Below, piece after piece: positions 34,669 to 46,922 of a stretch of DNA of 64,000 bases. The position numbers were made by a program, and so were the translations under genes. Source of the stretch: Macrostomum hystrix (Eukaryota; Animalia; Platyhelminthes); the NCBI GenBank assembly GCA_950097015.1, contig CATNEN010000039.1:8866001-8930000 (forward strand). Direction: 5' to 3'. Numbering within the stretch: position 1 is the first letter of the stretch; each line of letters starts with the position of its first letter. Below the pieces are notes generated by a model. That model saw only the letters and a program-made list of their open reading frames with translations. It did not search any database and was not told the DNA's origin.

Positions 34669-37600
34669 TATAAGCTTCTTGCAGTCAATGAATAAGTAAA
34701 TACTAATACTATATAAGAAAAGAGCCACATAACATTATGAATCTAAACAAAATTTAAGTAACAACTTACATTAGGACTGAGGATGATGAAGAGTTTTGTA
34801 TGTTTTGCTTATTATGATCCCAATCATTAAAATGATTCCAAGGATCTTTCATAAAGAGATTTAAATACCGACTTTGCAGAAATTCTGCTAAATAACTTGG
34901 AATACTCTTGCCACTAAAAGAGCTGTTTAAATTAAAATTTGAAAATAAGATGCTATTAACGAAATCAAGTCTTTGAAAATAATCTCTATATGAATCGGAT
35001 TTAATGGTTGTAGTTCTACAAAGTATAAACACTAGACCGAACACTACATAAAATATAAAATATATAAAGCAAGACCCAGGGCTACGCCCATCATTAGAAA
35101 AATGCATTCCTAGGACTTTATCTTAGAATTAAGGGAACTATTAACAATAATTCATAGAAAACCTACGGTCCTAGACCAAGAAGGACAATTTTTCAGCAGG
35201 TAGAAAATAATGATGCTGCAACCCTGGCCCATTCAAATCAGCCTCATTTTTTACTTTTTAAAGTTACAATCAACTTTTAAACGTAGGGTGAGCAAATTAA
35301 AAATACGTATGACGAAATTTATTATTAAATTAATAGCAATTAGTATAGAAAAATAGCAAAAAGGCTCAATTAAGCTTTTTTTGTTTAAACCAATACAATT
35401 AAAGTTTAAACTCATTATCGTAGTATGATTTTTTCAATGAATTCTATCAGCAAGCAACCGCTAATTTATAATTTGCTGTTCTACAGTACGTATTTAAGTG
35501 TTCTTTGTGTGATGAGTATTGAGTATTGAAAGTCTATAGTGTTAAGAAAGAAGTGCCCTTAATCGAGCAATTGCCATACAACGCATTGGCGTTAACATGT
35601 AACATATAAAACTAGTAAAGTAACGTAGACAGTAGGCCTAGTTATGCTTTTTAAAGCATGCCAATTGGCTAGATGACAAAGTGTCCTACCTTCCAAGTGG
35701 ATGACAAAGTTGTAAGATGACAAAGTGTCTAGGATCCTACTCAGATACTGCATACTGCTTAGTGAAATGAAATTGGCATTCTTTCAAATGAAGATCACTA
35801 AGTGAAGTGACTATTACAATAACAAAGGTTCTAAAGAATTGAAGATAAAATTTATAAAGCAACATTACACATGCTTTTCATAGAATAAATATTCAGGGTT
35901 AACATAGCATATGCATAGCATTCAATTTTGTTCTTTTTTTAGCACTTCATGTAGCCTATTTAACAATCCAGACCCCATTAATAGTTTTGGATGATAATCA
36001 TTTTTGGGACAGATTTCTAGGTGAAATAGCACTTATCTTTTGCAATTTATCAAAAGTAGGACCTTGTGTATCATTTCAGTTTTGAATCTCATTAGACAAT
36101 CATTTCACTAAGAAGTCTACCTTAACATCATCACATTCTAAAAAAAGAGTAGTATGCTAGGGTTATTTTATAATATTTAATAACCCACTGAATGCCACCA
36201 AAGTTGTCCTAGTGCTAATTATTATTAGCAACTTTAACTTTAGTAACTTTACTTTCACAATGTTGTTGTATTTCTTATTGTTAATATTCTACAAAAGTTG
36301 TTTTTATAGAGGTATTTGAATATCATATTGAAAGTAATTTTAATATTTTCTTAGAATTAATCTCTGTGAATGTATTTTATATATTTAAAATAATTTCTAG
36401 GTATTTAGTATTAGTTATTTTGTTATTCTGAGTATTGTATTTAATTATTCAGAGTATTGCATTTAGTTAGTCTAGGTAGGGTATTTACTTATTCTGGCCG
36501 ATTACTTTATCATATGTATATATTTCTGAGTATAGGCTTTCCAAAGAACGTTACCAATGATCTCAAGTGTACAGCAATACTTTCTACTTCTCTCTCTCTT
36601 GAATCTTTCTTAGTATTCATCTCTGTATAGTTTATTAAGAATGAAAGAACACAATTCTGAGTATTGTATATGAACTTTGTTTCAAACTGTGTTGAACAAG
36701 GTTACTTTTTCCCTCGGTTTTGCTCCTGTATTTATACTAACTTTATATTGCTTCAAACAAAATAATTACAGCACATTTAAACAAACTATTTTCATATTAA
36801 AACAAACTGTATACGAAAAAGTCGCGGAATTTCAATTTTATTATATTTGGTCTGTATCAGTAGCACCCCCTAACTTTAAAAGATAATCATTTTCAAGTTT
36901 TTAATGGTATTGGTTCATGCAAATGATTGTCAAAAAAAATTGAATGCTCAATAATCTAATGTATAAAGCTTTTAAGCAAGCCATGGCTCAAACATAATTT
37001 GCTTGATAAAAGTTTACATAATTTTTTTAGCTTGTTTGCTTATATTTTCAGACCAGGGTCATTTCAATTTAAAAGTTGAATTAAATGAATGCCTTCCAAA
37101 ACTAATAAAATTCAAGCATATAAATGTCAATTAAACTATTTTAAATTATGTGCCATTGTTCTGTTTGATCATCTGATTGTTTGATCTGATGTATGATTAA
37201 GAACTGTGATTTTTTTAAGATTACAGACAAATTTCAAAGATGATCATCAATCAAAACTAGTGTATTATGATCCAAAAATGTCATGAACAAACATTCGCAA
37301 TGCCTGGCCAAACCTAGTTGATAGACAGGGTAAAATGAGGGCCAAGCAAAGTAAGTTGCTAAAATCAAATGACCAGAGGCAAAAAATCTAAAGGGGAACC
37401 AAGGGACAGAAGGAAAGAAGAAAGCACAAGGAAAAGAAAGAAAATAGAGAAAATATATAGAGAAGAAGAACAGAGATTACAATAATGTGAAAATTAAAAT
37501 AAAGAAATGTGTTTTAAGGTGTGAATAAATCAAAGAAACAAACTAAGTTTCAGATACTCGTACAAGAAAACTAATTTGTAGACAAAGAAAACAAACTCAC

Positions 37601-38491
37601 AGATTTAAGAATTGTCTTTGGTCCTCAAATGAGGGTGAAAATAACTGCAATTTATTTTTCTGTTTTCTGGAACCTTTTTTAGTTTACAACTTAGTTTTTT
37701 TTATTTTTTGTTATTTTGCAACCTGTCTTTTCTGTTATTCTTCTCTTATACTATAAGCTTTTTTTCTTTATTTTCTCTTTTACCATGATTTTCTTCTCCT
37801 CAACTACTCTCAGACTTTCTTCTATTTCACTCTGCTTTTCTTCTGTTTTTCACTGTCTTTCTTTTCTTCTCTTTTGGGGAAAACCAATTCACAGACAAGG
37901 GAATAAGTCATGAATGGGAGAAAGCAATATTTCAGAGAAAACACTGTAATAAATGATGAGAATAAATACTAATCCATAAAGTTTGCTAACTTAACTAACT
38001 TTAGTAGTAGTGATCTTATAATCACCTCTTAATTAATTAATTATTTATTTTTCCTGCACTTTCTTGACAATTTTAATGTTTAAAGAGAAGTCAATGGTGT
38101 TTTTAGAAAGTAGTACATATTTTGACCCTTAGGTTTTGTGTACAGCATAATTTTTAGACTATGCACATTTATAGTTTTATTCACTATTAATATCTTATTT
38201 AATAAAACACAATTTCAATATCCAGAATCACAAAACCAAAAATCGACTGAAGGAGCTATGTTTTATCTGCAATTATCCTCAAGTTAAAACTTAGCCATTC
38301 AATTTGTCATAAAATGTTCAGGATCTTAGTAAAACATCTTAAATGTTACAGGTTTATATATTTTTGTGAAGCTTATCTATAGGAATCCTCCATTTCACTT
38401 CTCGTGGCTAGTAAGACTGTCTGAATGCCAGCCAAGTCCCTTATACACCATAGAATAACTTCCTAGAGCATTTTGAATTGCAGTCGCCTCT

Positions 38492-40011
38492 ATGGCAGAC
38501 ACGGACACAACACTGCTTGTGCTGCGCGGGGCGCCAGCCGACGAAAATGGCGCTTCGGTGCCAGATCAGCCAGCCGAGCCCGCGGGGGTGGCAGCAGCAG
38601 ATGATGAAGATGAATCAGCGATTGACCAGACTAATACTGACGAAAGCGCCGTAGACGATAGTGGAGCCACGGCGGCAACTACAGAAGACAGCGAGTGCGC
38701 CGACGCTAGTAACGTCGCTGTGGAATCTGGTCTAGCTACGCCGCCACGCGCGACAAATGATCCCGCAGTTGTCGATGCTGTCGCCGCAGGTGCTGTCGAC
38801 AGTCAGGAATGCAATAGTGGCAAGCGAGATTGTGATGAGCCGGAGCCGGCTGCGAAAATGGCTCGACTGAGTCCGACAGAGCCGCGGGAGGACATTGGCG
38901 AGCAGCGCAGCAATGGCTTCGAAGGCGACAGCGTCAGCACGTCCGAGCTAACGGCGACAGCGACGCCAACTTTAGGGGATGAAGCTGGAGCGACAGCAGC
39001 GGCCTCTGTGGCGGTGACAGAATTAGCTGCTACAGCGGCGCCGACTGAGCCCGAGGGAGCAACTCAAACGCCTGAAGCGTCTGTTCCAGCTCAGCAGGCC
39101 AAGGTAAGAATTTGGCTGCTTTTTTAGCTTTTGTCTTAATGATTTGCTTTCAATGTGAAATAATGCTTGGATTTGACAATAAATGCTCCTACGACAGCAT
39201 ACTTGCTAAAGTGCGTAAATTACTTTGATCTTCGGGGTGAGTGACAGAGCTGTTAACGCGTTTGCCTTTAGAACCAAGGTCCTGAGCTCGATTCCGCGGC
39301 GAGGCCGCATTCACTTTTGGGGACTTTTGGAGGGTTTGGGGGCTTTTCGTGCAATATACGCCCTTTAGGGAATACAATGCAATGCTCAGGAATCAGCGAA
39401 ATTGGCAGAACTGCCTCCTCGCTGACTGCGGGTCTAGTGTCACCAAATGATGAGCTTTTTCATGCAGCCCTCCTGCAATTATTATTTTTATTATTAACCA
39501 ATATCTTGCAGTTTGGCTACCCTCAGCTAACAGCCACAGCTAACCCTCATTTTCGGGCTGAACTCACAGTAATCCCAAATTAAAATAAATATTAAATGTT
39601 TACTCCCCTGCGTCAAATGCAGACTGATGAAGGTGAAGCACAGCCGCCGTCACAGGACCAGCCTGAACAGCAGCCGCCCAAGAATCTCGGCTCAGCCATG
39701 ACTGGTCTTGACGACATCCTGGCCAACACTGACAGCATAGATGTTGAGCAGTATCAGGCTCATCACGCGCCTAGAAAGCTACCGGCGCCGCCACCGCCGC
39801 CGCCTCCGCCGCCTGTGCAGCCTCATGCGGCTCACCATCAGCATCACCAACAGCATCAACATCACCAGCAGCAGCAGCAGCAGCAGCAGCTTCATCAGCA
39901 GCAGCTGCAGCAGCATCCGCAGTATCGCCTACCAAATGTTTATGGCCAGCCTCAGAACTATTTTCCACAGCAGCAGCCTCACCATCAGCAGACGCACCTG
40001 GCCCACATTCA

Positions 40012-40053
<42 letters not shown>

Positions 40054-42397
40054 CATGCAGCAAACGCAGCCTCAGGCAGCCCCTCAGCCAAAGTTGACTT
40101 GCCAACACTGCAACAAGTCCTACTCTAGCAAGTGGTCCCTTCGGTCGCATATTCGTTCTGTTCACGCACCGCAACGCGAACAGCAGCAGCAGCAACACCA
40201 ACAACAACAGCAGCAGCAGCAGCACTTGCAGCAACAACAGCAGCAGCAGCAACTGTTGCATCAGCAGCATCTGCACCAGCAGCAGCACCATCAGCAGCAG
40301 CAGCACCTGTTCAACCAGGCTGCAGCGGCGGCTGCTGCGGCTAGAAAACGGCACTGGACTCCGCCCGAGCTCGGCGGTCCGGGTGGTAGCGGCGCCGGCG
40401 GCCCTGGCGGTGTTGTCATTCCCGGTCGCGATTTTCTAGACGAAGTGCTGGAGGACATTCAGAGCATGCAGGATCGGGAGCGGGTTCCGGTGCCGCCTGG
40501 CTTCGCTCCTTCGCAGGCCCTGCTGGCATCTTACTATGCTGGCGGCGCCTACGCTCACCAGTACAGGCCACCCGGCTTCCCCCCGGCAGCCTACGCGCCT
40601 AACTGGTCAGCGATGGCCGCTCACCAGCAACAGCAGCATCAGCTACAGCAGCAGCACCAGATGCAACAGCAGCCTCAGGCAACATCGGCGTCTGGCGGTA
40701 CCTCAGTTGTGCCGTCGTCATCAACTTCAGCCGCTGCCGCCGCTGCTGCCGCTGCCGCCGCCGCGGCCGCCTCAAACTGGGATCCATATGGCGCGGGTGG
40801 ATCTACAGCAGCGTTTGAGTACCTGCGTAATCAGCTATCCGGGGATGCAGGTAATTTTCGGAAGGCATTATTTACCAGATATCAGATGCTGCGCTCTTTC
40901 ATGCGGTGAAAGGTCCGTCTGTTTTAGTTAATTTTAGTCCCTGTTGGACAAAAGCATCACGTAGTAAACAGAAGCTTTGCTTGTTAGTTAGGAGCGTTAG
41001 GCAGGGGCTTAATCTTTTAGACAGAACCTACACCTTTTAAGGTAGAAGCTTCGCCTGTTATACAAAGCTTTATCTTTAGACAGAAGCTTCATCTGTTAGC
41101 CAGAAACTTCGTCTGTTAGACAAAAACTTCGTCTGTTAGCCAGAAACTTCGTCTGTTAGACAGAAACTTCGTCTGTTAGACAGAAGCTTCATCTGTTATA
41201 CGGAGGCTTAATTTGTTAGACAGAAGCTTCAGTTGTTGGACAGAAGCTTCATCTGTTAGCCAGAAGCTTCATTAGTTAGACAGAAGCTTCACCTATTATA
41301 CAGAAGCTTCACCTGTTAAACAGAAGCTTCACCTGTTAAAACAGAAGCCTCACCTGTTATTCAGAAGCTTCACCTGTTAAACAGAAGCTTTATTTGTTAG
41401 ACAGAAGCTTCACCTGTTATACAGAAGCTTTACCTGTTAGACAGAAGCTTCACCTGTTTGACAGAAGCTTCACCTGTTAAACAGAAGCTTCATCTGTTAT
41501 ACTGAGGCTTCATTTGTTAGACAAAAGCTTCATTTGTTAGACAAAAGCTTCATTAGTTGGACAGAAGCTTCATCTGTTAGCCAGAAGCTACATTAGTTGG
41601 ACAGAAGCTTCATCTGTTAGCCAGAAGCTACATTAGTTGGACAGAAGCTTCATCTGTTAGACAAAAGCTTCATTAGTTGGACAGAAGCTTCATCTGTTAG
41701 CCAGAAGCTTCACCTGTTATACAGAAGCTTCACCTGTTAGACAGAAACTTCACCTGTTTTACAGAAGCTTCACCTGTTATACAGAAGCTTCACCTGTTAT
41801 ACAGAAGCTTCACCTGTTATACAGAAGCTTCACCTGTTATACAGAAGCTTCACCTGTTATACAGAAGCTTTACCTGTTAAACAGAAGCCTCACCTATTAT
41901 ACAGAAGCTTCACCTGTTATACAGAAGCTTCACCTGTTATAAGAAGCTTCACCTGTTATACAGAAGCTTCACCTGTTAAACAGAAGCCTCACCTATTATA
42001 CAGAAGCTTCACCTGTTATACAGAAGCTTCACCTGTTATACAGAAGCCTCACCTATTATACAGAAGCTTCACCTGTTAGACAAAAGCTTAAAACCTTAGT
42101 CATCTGTTGGATTAGATTGTCACTTGTTGGTCACGAACTGCTTGCTATATTTTAATCGGCTGCCCTGTATATATTAGTTTGCAGCCTAGATTCCACTACC
42201 CATTTACTAATTTCGCACCTTCAGCGGGCGCCTATCAGCAGGCATTCGTGCCCTCCGCGGCCGCAGCCGCCGCAGCAGCCGCAGCGGCAGTGAGTAGCGC
42301 TTCCGCCGCCAATGGTTACGCTGCGGTACAGCAGCATCAGCAGCAACAGCAGCAGCAGCAGCAGCAGCAGCTAAACGCTACTCAGTACCCGTTCTGA
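38492..42397 (+). CDS. Poly-Q/poly-A low-complexity protein with a single C2H2 zinc finger
   Basis: Exons 38492-39103, 39623-40850, 42225-42397 (phases 0 and 1). Finger CQHCNKSYSSKWSLRSHIRSVH; ARKRH is NLS-like. Confidence 0.85.
39232..39495 (+). mobile_element. SINE family B
   Basis: tRNA-like head (gagtgacagagctg...gagctcgattcc), family-B tail and (ATT)n. Confidence 0.8.
40965..42090. repeat. 20-bp minisatellite (ACAGAAGCTTCACCTGTTAT)
   Basis: About 55 units filling intron 2 of the zinc-finger gene. Confidence 0.95.
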
Positions 42398-44717
42398 TCT
42401 GATGCTTCTGTACTCAAATGAATTATTTTGGTACAAAAATACGTGTGCACTATTTGACTCGCCTGGAAGCTAAATGATTTATGATCATAATAAATTTTGT
42501 TTGACAAAGCAAGACTCTGTCTTGCTACTCACTGGCTCTCCCTGTCTCCTTTGTCTCATGGCCCATCCCCATCTCTTTGTCTTATTAATTCCTCTATTTT
42601 AATTATTGCTCATTTTTTCACTGTAGAATTTTGCAAGCCTACTAGATCCTGGCCGTGCTGCGCGGATGTATTAGTCTATGGTCCGACACTTGATAGACTT
42701 GCGATTCCACCCTCTCGCCCCCCGCCCCTATTAGCTAAAAGAATTTACCTTTAACTGTGGCAGCTCACTAACTGAAAGCCTGTTCATAAATTATTGGTCA
42801 AATGCTTATTTACTTGCTTAAATTCTTCTTTTTGTTAATATTTGTAAAGCCGAGGTTTTCTGCTGCAAACCTCACTGATAATGCTGTCTAATGCTGCTTT
42901 GTTAATGTCTGTTATTTATCATTTCCTCTCTTCCTCATTATAACGAACTAAACTTATCCGTTAGTTAGTTGGGTAGTTGCCTACTCTGCCAGTGGATGGC
43001 CTTTAGATGGGAGATTTCTATCTCCGTTATGATCATGTTTTTTATACAAATGCTTGCATAAACTATTTATTTGTTTGTTTATTTGTTTATTTGTTCACTT
43101 ATTTGTTTATTTGCAATTTTAGGCGTGGCATTCATATCAGACTTGTGAATGTCTAAATCTTTTTTGTCATGTAGCTTTTTTAGCTCAGTAATTTTATTTA
43201 TAATTGGCTGCTTATGAAAAATCTGATTATTATTGTTTTTTAATGCTATTACGATTACTATTATTACTATTATTATTCTTATTTTGCGCGGTGTACATAG
43301 AGGATTTCAGCAATTCTGTTAGTTGTTTTCCCTTTATCGCCTAAACCTCATCTGAGTGCGTGTTGAATTGTTTGCATTGAAAACTTCAAATGGCCAGTTT
43401 GTTTTACTGCGTATTGGCCCGTTAATTGGGCTCACAGAGTTCTTTACACCTTCCACATGCCTACTATGCTACTGACCAACTGGCTTGGCTTTGTCGCCAG
43501 TAGTACATTTGCGGTATGCGAGAGAATTATTTTAGGCAGTCTGGTTTTATTCGGTGTCTAATTAATTGATTGGCTTGTTTTGTCTATTTGTTACCTAACT
43601 GGCCATAATCACTGCTCTCCGCTTCCATATCTGAACTCCCCTTTCCCTGAATCCCAATAGAAAAATCCCCTGTGTCTCTGGTAAATTGACCAGTTAGCCG
43701 TAAGGCATCAGCTGCTGAACACTCCGATACCCGTTTCGCTTTAAAATTTGTAACGACTAATTTACATTTGGAGGCATAACCGCTGCTGTTTGTTTAGCTG
43801 ATTAACAAAGGAAACTATCTTGTTTTTTGTTTCTCTTCGCTCAAGAATTTTTTTACAAGAACTTTGGCGGTAATATTTGCTAGTTGAAACTCATCCTTGT
43901 TTGCCGTAGCTGTTCTCTTGTTATCTTGCTTAATTTATGCCTTCTGTTTTTTATTGTTTGTTTATAATTTTATGGCTTGAAGAATAACAAAACTTTGCAC
44001 GATGTTTTGGCCTCAGGTGTCTCGTGTTTATCGATGCTTTTTTTGCTGGCCTACATGTTTGTGGGGCGGGCGATCGAAACACCCGGAGCTCGATTTCACG
44101 TCATGGATTTCCCTTCTACTTCACTCTTCACTTCGCCTAGCCTCTCTTGTTTATTAACAAATTGTCCAATTCATTCTTAATTCAGTTTTTTATAACATTT
44201 GCTTTAATTAACTTTCTGCTTTTTCCAACTATGAATAATGCATGCTGGCTGTACATATGGACTCCATACTGTTCTCTCAGTTTTGTTTTCTGCTCTGTCC
44301 CCATTCAGTTCCTTAACGATCAATAACAAATCATGTGCTGTTTATAACAAAAATTTGCTTCCCTCTCAATTTCTATCAGTTTAGCCTGTTTGTACTGCCT
44401 TTAATAGTGGAGGATAAAATCGGACATGAAATCTTTTCTAGAATTAATAATATCCTATTAGACACGAAAATGTGGAGCTCCCTCATTATCACCTGGCCCT
44501 ACCCCCCTGCCTGCCAGTAATAGTAATTTGTGCCCCAACAGCTCTTTGTCTGCCTATGAGAATTCGTGCGTCAAAAACAATATATATACATAAATTACTA
44601 GCGTAGCAAAATGCTACTTTGGTTGTAAAAGCAAGCGATAACAGACAAAATCTGTCTTTGGATAAGTCTTCAAATTGTTTTGTTTCTTTTGTGAGATCTA
44701 GCTCTAAATTGTGTATA

Positions 44718-45430
44718 GTGGGATCTGAACTCAAACTGGTAGTGCTTCGGTGGGATCTGAACTCAAACTGATAGTGCTTCGGTGGGATCTGAACTCAAAC
44801 TGATAGTGCTTCGGTGGGATCTGAACTCAAACTGGTAGTGCTTCGGTGGGATCTGAACTCAAACTGATAGTGCTTCGGTGGGATCTGAACTCAAACTGGT
44901 AGTGCTTCGGTGGGATCTGAACTCAAACTGATAGTGCTTCGGTGGGATCTGAACTCATACTGATAGTGCTTCGGTGGGATCTGAACTCAAACTGGTAGTG
45001 CTTCGGTGGGATCTGAACTCAAACTGGTAGTGCTTCGGTGGGATCTGAACTCAAACTGGTAGTGCTTCGGTGGGATCTGAACTCAAACTGATAGTGCTTC
45101 GGTGGGATCTGAACTCAAACTGATAGTGCTTCGGTGGGATCTGAACTCAAACTGGTAGTGCTTCGGTGGGATCTGAACTCAAACTGATAGTGCTTCGGTG
45201 GGATCTGAACTCAAACTGATAGTGCTTCGGTGGGATCTGAACTCAAACTGGTAGTGCTTCGGTGGGATCTGAACTCAAACTGATAGTGCTTCGGTGGGAT
45301 CTGAACTCAAACTGATAGTGCTTCGTTGGGATCTGAACTCATACTGATAGTGTTTCGGTGGGATCTGAACTCATACTGATAGTGCTTCGGTGGGATCTGA
45401 ACTCAAACTGATAGTGCTTCGGTGGGATCA
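44718..45430. repeat. 32-bp minisatellite (GTGGGATCTGAACTCAAACTGRTAGTGCTTCG)
   Basis: About 22 near-identical units. Confidence 0.97.
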
Positions 45431-46922
45431 GGACCCAAACTGAACTCAACAAAATTCATAAGTGATAAGTGCATTGTTTGAAATTTCTTGCTAGACCTGA
45501 GTACTACTTCTGGCTTGACATACAGTTAGCCAGCCAGACAGACAGACAGCCAGACAGACAGCCAGACAGACAGCCAGACAGACAGACAGCCAGACAGACA
45601 GGCTCGCAAATAAAATAGAGCAATTATCAACTGACTCGGCAGTGGTTCGAGTTGCAGACTCGCTGGCCGACAGAAGCACCCGCTTTTGTCGAGCAAAATT
45701 GAAAAATATTAACACGTTTTATTGTTTCATTTTATACTCATATACTCAGCGCCTGACAGCAAAATGAAAAAGGAATAAAGTACAATTATTGCTTGTTGCA
45801 AATAGAGCCATAAATATATGACTAATTCTATCACAATTAAAGCAGCTAAGTTCAATGCGAATTTACCTAGGACTATTTCTATTTAGCTAAAAATTGATTG
45901 GCCAGGCAAGGATTAAGCTGTTGCTATTTTTAGATAGTCTAGTGGGCACGTCACGTGACGGACTACCAGCCAATGAAATTCTACAAGGCCAAATGTTATG
46001 TGAACTGGCATTATGCCTATCCAAGGGGGCTCGCATTGAGTGTGACATTTACAAATAAGAAATTAACACACTCATCTACGGTACCACAACACAATAACGA
46101 CTTTAGAAAAGTAACTTATATCGCATATTAAATACACAAATAAAAACTTGCAGGAAACTTATGTGATGTTATCACAGGCAATTCAAAAGTTAAGAGCAGG
46201 ACTTTGTCTGCGGACGGACTTATCTTGCCAGCGATAAAGCTGAAACCTGTAAGCAAAAAATCTAAAAAGTTTATTTTAAGCAAGAAAATAGAGAAGAAAA
46301 ACTGTAATTAAGGCGGATTTTGGAGCGGTAAAGTGCTCAACAAAAGAGTACAATTGGACGGAAAATTCGCACAGTGACACATCGCATAGGCACAAAAGTT
46401 TCATTTTGTGATACTGGCTACTTATAAGTAGGGATTTGAGGAAAACTGCAAGCTCTACACACGAAAAAATAAAAACTCAAGAATTCTTAATAGAAAAATC
46501 TCTGAAGAAAAATTGATAAAAATTCTAGATAAAAGGGCTACTGAGTGAAACTACTGCTAGTAGATAAGGCCAAGGCGTCACTGTTTTGAGTACAGCAGCA
46601 GAGCAGACGATAAAAATGGAACAAAGGCACGGAAACAGCAAAGTCAAAGCTTACTAAAGTTGGTTATTTCTTCAATTCACTGACTTTGCACAACAATTTT
46701 TGCAACACTAGCAAAGCAGAGGAAGACGAAAATTAAATAAAAGAATTTAAACAATTTGAGGAAAACATCAATAAGTAAGGACGGCGGTGAAACAGATAAA
46801 GGCAGTAACTAACATTACAGTTAGCAAATAAGTCATTTTCACCTATCTTTCCTCTTAGAAGCAAAAGCGGACCAGAATTGCAGACGATTTCCTGGAAACA
46901 TCAGCCCAGCTTCACACCGTCA

